DNA of 64,000 nt from Lingula anatina. Taxonomy: Eukaryota; Animalia; Brachiopoda. A model generated the notes under the pieces. The model made no database searches. It was given only the letters and a program-made list of their open reading frames with translations, and was not told where the DNA came from. The position numbers and the translations under genes were made by a program. The stretch spans positions 36,090,401 through 36,154,400 of the forward strand of contig CM120641.1 of assembly GCA_051362555.1 (NCBI GenBank), in the 5' to 3' direction. Shown piece after piece: positions 50,178-60,186 of this stretch. Each line of letters begins with the position of its first letter. Position 1 is the stretch's first letter.

Positions 50178-51914
50178 TATTTATCCTTTTCCCTACAGCT
50201 AGATAGCTAGGAGGCCTATGTATTGGCCTATAGGCTAGTAAGCACATAAAATGAAATCTAACTGCTGGATTAAACGGATCATATCATTTGAATCAAATTT
50301 TCCTCAAGATAAAATGTGTTTTCTCCAATTCACGAATCGTTTTCCCTGCACTAGGATTCGATGTTTTATAGGCCTACTGTATTGTTTTGACGCACATGCA
50401 CATTTTTTGTAACATTTTCATTGTCTGTTTTGTGTCTCTTTGATTACTATTGATTTCTTTTCATATTGGAGGGTAGGCCTACTGATGATGCAAATAGGCC
50501 TATTAGCCTACGCTAGATGTGAGCGACACTGACTTTAAAAAGTAAATATTTATTTATTTACTTATTTATTTATTTTTTATTTTATTTTTTATTTTTTTAT
50601 GAAATGACAACTGTTATCGTTAGTGTGCGGAACCTGGGTTTGGCTGAAAATGAGGTCGTGTGAAAGGCGGAGACAAATATCCTGCAAGTAATCAATTTCC
50701 TCATCACCTCTAACTCTTACATAGGCCTACATTTCCGTACACCTGCACATTACTCCTTTATTAACGTTTATGAATAGTCTATTATTCATTAGGACTTTTC
50801 GTCTTTAAATATCGATTGAGGAAACCTGGCAAATACATGCAAAAATAGGCCTACCTATTTCTTTTTTTATTTAATGGTTTTATCTATTAACACATCTGGT
50901 TATTTACATAGCCAGCTCAGGGGCCTTAAATGAGTTTTCGTGACAGATAATTTTCTATTATTATTTTTTTAATTATTATTATTATTGTTATTATTATTAT
51001 TATTATTGAAAATTAACACATTATCATATTGTCCCCATAAAATCGTTTTAAATATATGCGGCATTTTAGTATAGGTATTAGTTATCGCGATTTATAGCCA
51101 TTGAGCAGTCTTTTTCAGTAGGCCTATGCCTAGACCTTCCAAAACTTGGCTTATTCGCGAGCAGCTAGTTTCTCTCTGCCGGTGTGACAGGAACGGTAGT
51201 CCTAGGATTGGAAGTCTGGCGTCCCATATTGTTAGTACAGGTTAGGGTTGGTCGGTGGATTGGGATAAGTAGCCTATATGGCACTAATGTCACCTGTATA
51301 AAGTGATGGGGGAACAGACTTACGCAAGACTAACATATTTGTCACACCAGGTTTACGTGACGATGGGCATGACCAAGCATCAATAGGACAAGAAAGATCT
51401 ATATTTGTATGTGTGTGTTCTTTATTATTTAAAGCGTATACATTGTTCTATTTATTTTTCCATATTCCATTTTATTTATGAGCATCTTTCACCATGACCA
51501 TAGAAATGATTAATTAAAACGAGACTCGCATTTAAAAACAAATTATCTGTATCCAAGGGGGCACAGCAGGCACGTGCCCAAGCTTTGAAGGTACAGATTA
51601 TGCCGTTTCTCCCCTAACAAAGCAAACAATAAATATTATTTGAATCCTATATGTTATAATAAAATTCTAATTGTCTTCTGTTCTACATAAATATTTCGCT
51701 ATCCTCGCGCCACCGCCCTAGCAATTTTTTTCTATCAAACAGTTTTCATTTTCCTTTTTTGTTTTTCGGTATTTTGAGAGCATTAAAATGCAGTGCATAG
51801 GAAAGATTATACAAAAAAAAATTAAAAAAAAGCCAGAACGCGTCATTGTGGTGTGGGAAGATAATGTTTATCGCCATATGTTTTCATTGAAATGTTTTGC
51901 ATAAACGTTACTCT

Positions 51915-52934
51915 TTAGTACTGGGAGGGATATCGCAGCTCCCACGATTTATAGCCAGTGGTCAGCATTTTCCCGTAAGCAACAGAAAAGTCTGCCAAAA
52001 ACTTTGCATTGTCGCTTGCATATAATTTCACTCTATCAGCTAAACGTGACGACGGACATGTCGAGACATCAGCAGGACAAGATGTAACTCTTCCGTCACT
52101 ATTAGGTGCTGTGTTTTTGAACAATTCCATATCCGTATTTAACATCATGATGCCTTCCTTGCCTTCTCTATGTTTCTTGGCGTTCCACTGCCATCTGGGT
52201 TTGTTTGGATCATCAGGGTTTTCATTTTCCTGCACCCAAAGTTGAGTTTTATCTGATAAAACACGATAAAAGTCGTTGTCAAAAACGTCTCTTTCTATGA
52301 CCCACTCACCGTCAAAACCAGATGCATCTTTCCTTGCATCTCCTAACGTGTGAGCACCTAAAACGGCTGCTAACTGTTCGGGCGTGAGATCAAAGACCCT
52401 TCGGAAGTAATCGACAGTTTCCGTCAGGTTTCCTAAAGCGTTCGGGAAAACTCGCATTTCTGTAGTTATTGGTGATGTTGGGCAGTCTCTTCTTCCCCAA
52501 CGAAATGGTATGCGTGGAGATTGCACTTGACTCTGCCCACTTTTCATCTTTGAACCAACTTCTGCTCCAACTATTCCCGCTAAGGCGAAAAAATCAGCTC
52601 TAGACATTATCCGATCAATTCGCTCTCTGGCATATAAATCATTCAGTGCATTGAAAGTAGTATCCAAACCAGCGTTATCTGGGTTGTTCAGATTAATACA
52701 ACCGTCACACCCACCCACACAATCGTGGAAACCAAGTCGCACAGAGCCTGCGATAAGTGGATGGAATATTTTGCCGTTTTCTGTGTCCACCGTGTTTATC
52801 ATTAAGTCTGACAGCAGCGTCTTGGTATAACGCAATTTGGTTTGCGTCAAGCACTTATAGCCCGCGGATAATCCATTTAGAGAAAGAATTATCAGAGTGA
52901 GTACCTTCAAACCTGTGATGTTCATCATGCCCAT
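51915..52934 (-). CDS. Secreted heme peroxidase, peroxidase-catalase ('non-animal', ascorbate-peroxidase-like) superfamily; intronless; copy 1
   Basis: 339-aa single ORF with a hydrophobic signal peptide, distal RLGFHDCVGGCDGC, SRADFFALA, WGRRD, proximal GAHTLG, FDNDFY and LNTD. Confidence 0.9.
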   Translation of the reverse strand: MGMMNITGLKVLTLIILSLNGLSAGYKCLTQTKLRYTKTLLSDLMINTVDTENGKIFHPLIAGSVRLGFHDCVGGCDGCINLNNPDNAGLDTTFNALNDLYARERIDRIMSRADFFALAGIVGAEVGSKMKSGQSQVQSPRIPFRWGRRDCPTSPITTEMRVFPNALGNLTETVDYFRRVFDLTPEQLAAVLGAHTLGDARKDASGFDGEWVIERDVFDNDFYRVLSDKTQLWVQENENPDDPNKPRWQWNAKKHREGKEGIMMLNTDMELFKNTAPNSDGRVTSCPADVSTCPSSRLADRVKLYASDNAKFLADFSVAYGKMLTTGYKSWELRYPSQY

Positions 52935-53016
52935 GTGGCCGAAACTGAATTGTCACCCTCCGTCTATTAGCTAGCAGCAACGTCTAGTTAGTAAAGTGCA
53001 CAGAAGTGTATCCCAA

Positions 53017-53022
53017 TTTATA
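53017..53022 (-). promoter_or_regulatory. Candidate TATA box of peroxidase copy 1
   Basis: TATAAA on the minus strand ~85 bp upstream of the ATG. Confidence 0.45.
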
Positions 53023-55891
53023 GTCAAAAATTGAGAAATTAATTAGCAAAAGTCATTTCTCGCGTGAATACGATGTCAATCTGAAGTGGAAGTAAACTTT
53101 CTGCACCAAAAACAAGACACCCATAAAAAACCAGGTGATGACATTTAATGTCACGATTTTCCCCTTGAACGGAACACCTTGACTCAAAAGATACTGTGGG
53201 CCTTGGCCTTCAGAGACAGTACGTTAAACTTTTTTGCTGAGGTTTTCACTCTTTTGATCACTTAGCAATTATCAAGCAATTGTTTGTATGACATGAAAAG
53301 ATAGCAATTTGTGTTTCAAAATGAAGTGATTTGTGCTTTTTGTTTTTCTTTTAATTTTGTCTCAACGTTTCTTCGCAGATGTGTGTGTACATACGTGTGT
53401 TTGCGCGTGCGGCAGCGCGCTTTTAAAACATCTCAGCTATTTCTGTTATTCTGTATCCAAGAGTGATGGCTGTATCAATTTCACTATTTTATGACAGGCC
53501 TTGTTGTGGTGCTGCCTCTCAAAATAATGTACAAGGCATATATATGTTAAGATGCCTAGCTCACACTTCAGAAGTTATTTTATAGGCATTAAAACAGACT
53601 GGCTTATTTTAATGCAGGTGCAGTGCACCAAGAACGTGACTCTAGCCACGGTCTTATCATGTTGTCTTATGCAAAACACGTGTTCTTTGAACTCGATGCG
53701 AATACGTAAAATAAAAAGCGACACTTCTTTTGTTTCCTTTCATATGAGGCTTTGAATAACTTTGAATATGTTAGTTAAGAAGTGGATAAGGGAGGAGACT
53801 GTCCTGGAAGAAGTGTCATTTTTGAGTCGTCTTTTCCTAAAGTAAAGACTAAATATATCCGTCTCTGCCGCCCTCCACCACAACAAAGGAATCTTCAAAC
53901 TGTACGATAGCTACGATATTTTCCTGAAATTCTTTCGAAGCGGGTGAGGTGACAAGGTGATATCTGTTCCTCCTTGATGCCCTTTATCAACAAAATTCAC
54001 GTCTGAGGGCACGGTCAGGAATGGCCATATATCTGAAGATATACCCCGAATTTTAGAACTGTTATGTCTATTTTTTTAAAAATCAGTTATAGATGTTTGA
54101 TAATTCACCCAACCCTTAGCAGTTAGTCATCTCAAAATTCAAGATATGTATCACCATAATAATATATCGATATATTTCCATGGTCTTACATAGACATCCA
54201 CCGCGTTGCCTGTAAGGAAGCGAAGCGTAAAATTTTCCCTGCTTGTGTTAGGAAAATTTCACTAAAAGATTTTACTTTTTCCATTTAATCATCGTATAGG
54301 TGACAAATAACTCCATGCAATTGTTAAAATCACGATAAATGTGCTGTTGTTTCCCAACCGGAAAACACTTTAAAAGCTAGCACTGCACAATCTTTACTAA
54401 TTTTTGGGAGGTGGGAGCTGGCGCCAAGGGATTATATAAAGTAATTATAACCACGTCATCTCCTCGAAATTTAATTCTATTGCTGCTTAAATGTATTATT
54501 CCACAAAACGCCTCTATGAAGTGGATGGGCATTTTGCCAATTTGGGCACTCACGGTTTTAGTATTTATCGAGAAATAACGTTTATGAACATCATGCCTTT
54601 GTTGTTAGTAGGAACAGTAGCAACATGCTGATAATAGAGGTTGTGTTGCTATCAATTTACGACGTTAAAAACTGCTGTTATCCCCCTTAACTGCCCGACT
54701 TGCAAAAATGGCAAAATCTATGATCAAGATTGGTTAACGATTTGTTATTAATGCAACTCTCTCTAATTGTTAGATGCTGTGATCTGGGTTTATTCCATAT
54801 AAGTGTGCAGCTTTCCATCTGGAATATGTGCTTATATTTGCATCAGAGTTTATACACGTAGGTCTATACATTGTTTTATTTATCTGTTTTTTCATTTCTT
54901 CACGTATTTACTTATTCGTTTATTATTAGCTCTCGTTCGGATATAATAAGATGGAAATATGTCACAAAATGGTCACAAAATGCCCACGTGTGAGAACATT
55001 CAGTAAGCTATCAGGTCACATATTAGTTTGCCTCCAAATATTTTCAATTAAATAGAACATAAAACACATTCACAAAATGTATCCATGGGCACTGAAAGAA
55101 GTTAGGTATTCTGATACGAATATAAAAAAATATTTTTTTGATTCTAGTAAAATTTCGGGAACATGAACTTATTCGTGCTTGTGCATTCTTTTCTGTGTGT
55201 TTTCATTAGTCTTTTTAAATCTATAACCACCTTTTATTTCTTATTAAGGCTGGCAAGTTCAAACAACGCTCATAACTGTAAACTTAAATTTTATTGACTC
55301 ATTGATGTAACTTGGGAAACTAATATGTGCAAAAACCGCCCATTTTTCTGCAACTGAATTGTTAATCATTTTCCACATTTGTATTTCTGATATCTCGAGT
55401 ACCTGGGGAGCAATAAAATACCTGTTAAGATACATTAGAAAGAAAAGGAGATACATGCTCTACTGCACAAGTCGGTGTAGTGTCAAAAGAACTTCTTCAT
55501 TATGATTGATTGCTTAAAGATGCATACAAAGCGAGGAGGCATGTCATACAGTAATCGATTGTTTTTGCCAACTCTTATATGAATAATTATGCTATTGCGC
55601 GTGCAACTGTAGGGATATGCCAGGCATATGCATAAGTACGTTTGGCGGACATTTACGAACTGGAGAGACGCATTTATAAGTAGATCAAATTTAAGACGTG
55701 AAATTTGAGCGAAGTGCAGTTTTTTTATTAATTTGGTTTAACCATCGGCATGTGGACTTGGTTTGAGTTGTGTAAAAAACTAGTAGTAGTGATTTAAATG
55801 CGTTACAGGGAAACTACAATCCCTTTGTATGCATCTTTAAAATGAAATTATAAACATAGTTTCCAAAATCATTTTAGACGAATTTTACACT

Positions 55892-57046
55892 TTAGTATAG
55901 GGAAGGGTATCGCAGCTCCCACGATTTATAGCCAGTGGTCAGCATTTTCCCGTATGCGACAGAAAAGTCTTCCAAAAACTTGGCATTGTTGCTTGCGTAT
56001 AATTTCACTCTATCACCTAAACGTGACGACGGACATGTCGAGACATCAGCAGGACAAGACGTAACTCTTCCTTCGCTATTAGGTGAGGTGTTTTTGAACA
56101 ATTCCATATCCGTATTGAGCATCATCAACCCCTTCTCACCTTCCTTGCCTTTCTTGGCGTTCCACTGCCATCTGGGTTTGTTTGGATCATCAGGGTTTTC
56201 ATTTTCCTGCACCCAAAGTTGAGTTTGATCTGATAAAACACGGTAAAACTCGTTGTCGAAGACATCTCTTTCTGTAACCCACTCGCCGTCAAACCCAGAT
56301 GCATCTTTCCCTGCATCTCCCAAAGTGTGAGCACCTAAAACGGCTGCTAACTGTTCGGGGTTGAGATCAAAGACTCTTCGGAAGTAATCGACAGTTTCCG
56401 TAAGGTTTCCTAAAGCGTTCGGGAAAACTCGCATTTCTGTAGTTATAGGTGATGTTGGGCAGTCTCTTCTTCCCCAGCGAAATGGTATGCACGGATACGT
56501 AAAACATCTGGTAGAAAATCGGGGACGCGAAAATCCATAAAAGTGTCTCTTGTAGCGGTAATGATGTGGGAAACCGTAAAAAAGTCCACGGAAACCAAAA
56601 TAGGGGCTACGGTCGAACGCAAAATAAGGCATTCTTCTGGACTGCATTGGATTCATCCCGTATTTCATCTTTGAACCAACTTCTGCTCCAACTATTCCCG
56701 CCAGGGCAAAAAAATCAGCTCTAGACATTATCTGATCAATTCGCTCTCTGGCATATAAATCATTCAGTGCATTGAAAGTAGTATCCAAACCAGCGTTATC
56801 TGGGTTGTTCAGATTAATACAACCGTCACACCCACCCACACAATCGTGGAAACCAAGTCGCACAGAGCCTGCGATAAGTGGGTGGAATGTTTCCCCGTTT
56901 TTTGTGTCCACCGTGTTCATCATTAAGCGTGACAGCAGCGTCTTAGTATAACTCACTTGATGTTGCGTCAAATACGTGAAGTGTGCACACAATCCATCGA
57001 GAGAAAGAATAAACAAAAACGCTACTTTCAGGCCGCTGACTTTCAT
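55892..57046 (-). CDS. Secreted heme peroxidase, peroxidase-catalase superfamily; intronless; copy 2 with 48-aa aromatic/basic insertion
   Basis: 384-aa ORF, near-identical to copy 1 outside the N-terminus and the insertion-bearing segment at 56489-56662. Confidence 0.9.
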   Translation of the reverse strand: MKVSGLKVAFLFILSLDGLCAHFTYLTQHQVSYTKTLLSRLMMNTVDTKNGETFHPLIAGSVRLGFHDCVGGCDGCINLNNPDNAGLDTTFNALNDLYARERIDQIMSRADFFALAGIVGAEVGSKMKYGMNPMQSRRMPYFAFDRSPYFGFRGLFYGFPHHYRYKRHFYGFSRPRFSTRCFTYPCIPFRWGRRDCPTSPITTEMRVFPNALGNLTETVDYFRRVFDLNPEQLAAVLGAHTLGDAGKDASGFDGEWVTERDVFDNEFYRVLSDQTQLWVQENENPDDPNKPRWQWNAKKGKEGEKGLMMLNTDMELFKNTSPNSEGRVTSCPADVSTCPSSRLGDRVKLYASNNAKFLEDFSVAYGKMLTTGYKSWELRYPSLY

Positions 57047-58589
57047 GATGCGAACGTGGTCGAAGCAGTGCGCCTATTAAATCTCTACGTTCTGTTAACA
57101 AGTGGTTATTGAAGGACAGAGAATCATTAATAGTAAAAATGGAGTTTTATTTACATAAAAACCGTCTGAATATGGGGTGAAGGTGACGTTAAAGTTGCAT
57201 TTTTGCACATGTAATTAAGCAAGACATTCCGGTGACATTGTTGTATGTCACGTTCTCCTTGATAGACATCTGAGGCATTTAAACTTAATTTTAAGTTGGA
57301 TCGTGACTATTGCAAGGTCTTTTGCAAAGCAAATGTGTCTTCTGCTTGATACGAATACTTAAAATAAATGGTGACTTTTCTTTTGTCTCTTTAGATATGG
57401 CTATAAAGTTTTTAAATGCGACTTATACAAATTTAATTTAAAATTAATAAGCGAAAAGGAAGGACGTAGATTCTTTCCTAAAGAAAAAGGCGGTTTCAGC
57501 CTACATCCTTATTAAAAACAGAAAAAAGCGACATCAGTAGGCCTATTATTACATAATCTTCAAAGCTACACAATATTTACCAAAGTTTCTCCACAAAAAT
57601 GAAAGAGGTATTTGTCAATTTCAGAAAGAGGCCAGGTGTCAAGAAATGGTATTCGACGTAAAGGGACGGCGCATCGACTGATATCCGAACCCAGGCATTC
57701 TAAATGTGATTCCGGTGCAAAGGGCAACTAGATGCTAGTGGTCTCTAGTGTTTTTTTCTTTTTACTGAATTCAAGATCAGTATCAAGCAAGCCAAGGACA
57801 GTCATAGCAGTAAGCTAGTGAAGCGTTACATAAGATTTGTCCTGCTTTTGTTTACAGATTTATCAATATATAATATAAATGCCAAACCGATTATATTAAT
57901 TCGTTCAATCAGGCGACTAACAAGATTGTGCAATTTTTAAAATCACGTTAAACGCTCAGATCGTGTCGTCTACCGATCGTATAATAGGTTTAGCACTGAA
58001 TTATCTTTATCAATTTTGCCCCACAGGGATAATAAAAACAAAACAATAATCAGGCCTTCTTTCACCCTGAAACCTAATTGCATCCCGGTTAAAACGTATA
58101 ATTCAATTGAAACTCAGTGACCATGAACGTCTGAAGTGGATGGTATTTTGGGACTCAGAAATATTTGGAACTAACTATGAAGTTACTAGAAACGGTCAAG
58201 GCATGCTGATAATCTAGGTATTAAATTGTAGTTAACTCAGAATATTAAAAACATTTGCGTTGCCCATTGCTATGGGAATGAAAAGGAGTGAAAAATTATT
58301 AAGCATGTGGATAAAGCATATCCAATGAAGAAATAAAACAATTATACTCCTTCGTTAGCCGTGGTTATTTTTTTATTATTATTTTTGCCTCATGTGACGT
58401 TTAACAATGTTCACACAATATCATACATACAGAGGAATAATTGATATCAGTATTTATAATGTACTCATGCAAATATCTCACACTCCTTATTTGATTTTGC
58501 AGATCAGTAAACAGTCCGTTTCACTGTACATATTTACTTTTATGTCTAATCACAGTATTAAGCACGTAATATATTGTATGGAATATTTT

Positions 58590-58626
<37 letters not shown>
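58590..58626. repeat. (TAC)n microsatellite
   Basis: Direct reading. Confidence 0.9.
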
Positions 58627-59649
58627 GTTGATATTAGCAGTAGTAATTACATGTTGAATAGAATACTACTACTACTATAAACCGTGATGGTTATATAATC
58701 ATTATATATAATACTCATTTGCTTATACCTAATAGTAATACACTCAATGCACAATTCAATCCGAACAATTCAATTGCAGATGAAGTCGGAAAGTTCTACG
58801 GTCGATGAGGAATCTTCGGCCAAGTTGTCTTGGCTACAATGAACTTCCATCATTTAAACCATTACTTGTAAAGCTAATGTAAACTTGCTGTTTATCATTG
58901 GACTACTTATTTGTGTGTACTTCAACAGCTTTTAAAACCAAACGGACTGACTTGACAATTCTTTGATGATGTAGTGAGTGCCATTGCCCGTTTGAGTGTG
59001 TGTGTGATTGAGCTTGAATGTGGCTCTATAACATTTCTGACAATATCCCCCTTTGTCATATTCACATATAGCTTTTAACATAAGTGACAGAGATGCAGCA
59101 CTGCTACATATGTGATCGTTGAAAACTTAATCATACGCCTTCGTGCCATAAACTAAATGAAATCTGTTATCCTATCAAGAACACCTTCACAACCCTAGGG
59201 AAATACATGTAGCATCCACTTAACAGTATGCATTTTTACTTGTAGGCAAGATGGTTCTCGTGTACATAGGATATTTACTCCAGATTAATTCGTCAAATTA
59301 ATTATATGTTTTGTGGCGGTGATGTGCCATTTTCCTGAATGCAGTGGAAAATTATTTGTACAATTGGGCCGTTCTCTCTAACTTGCAAAGAAAAATCTGA
59401 TATACAGAAAGTTTCAGAGGTTAATAAGTTACGATTATTCGAGAGAACTCCCTTACTTTTTCTTCGTTTTTCATGCGCTTGGCAATTATACACGTATTTA
59501 AGGTTACATTCACACGCACTTCACTGTTGTTGCATGTGGGCTAATCTGGATAATCCGTTCGCACTAATTAGTTTCAGGAAAACTGCTAGTCGCCTTGTAT
59601 AACAGATATTAGTGGCACAGCACTACAGGTAACACTTATATTTGGCAAG

Positions 59650-59683
59650 GCCTTGGACATAATAACGTTATTATGTCCAAGGC
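59650..59683. repeat. Perfect 34-bp palindrome
   Basis: GCCTTGGACATAATAAC|GTTATTATGTCCAAGGC. Confidence 0.85.
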
Positions 59684-60186
59684 AAGGCTGACCAACGAAT
59701 CAATGCCTCGAGTAGGTACCTCATATCTTAGGTTGCTTCTTAGGCCTGTGAGAGGGGGTCCATCAATCTGGTAGACGATGTCTATTGTAAACTCGATGTT
59801 TTTATGCTATGCAAGCTTGCATTTGAAACATAATGAAACATATGATATGGCGTTATAGTGCATGGTCTTTAATGTGTGACTCAATGGTATTTTGCACTTA
59901 TGTATATGTGATACTTGTAAGATCTAGACCGTGCACACGTCTACATTGAGACAAATCGACCCACATCTCGAGAGATGAAATATTTTTGTGTGCGCGCTGC
60001 TTTACGCACAATTCGAACTCGCCACATAGACCTACTCTCTATACATATATATTATTGATACCGTCAACTATGAGTGGTAGTCTGTATGAGAGAAATACAT
60101 AAGTATAACTCAGTCGCGGAATAAACAATATCAAGGGACTATTTCTCACAGCGATTAAAAGAACGCTGAACTGGGGGGCCTTGTGT

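Noticed and set aside
58407-58631. ORF ending in poly-Tyr near the peroxidases (possible cross-linking substrate)
   Set aside because: The Tyr run is just a (TAC)n microsatellite; no signal peptide or coding evidence.
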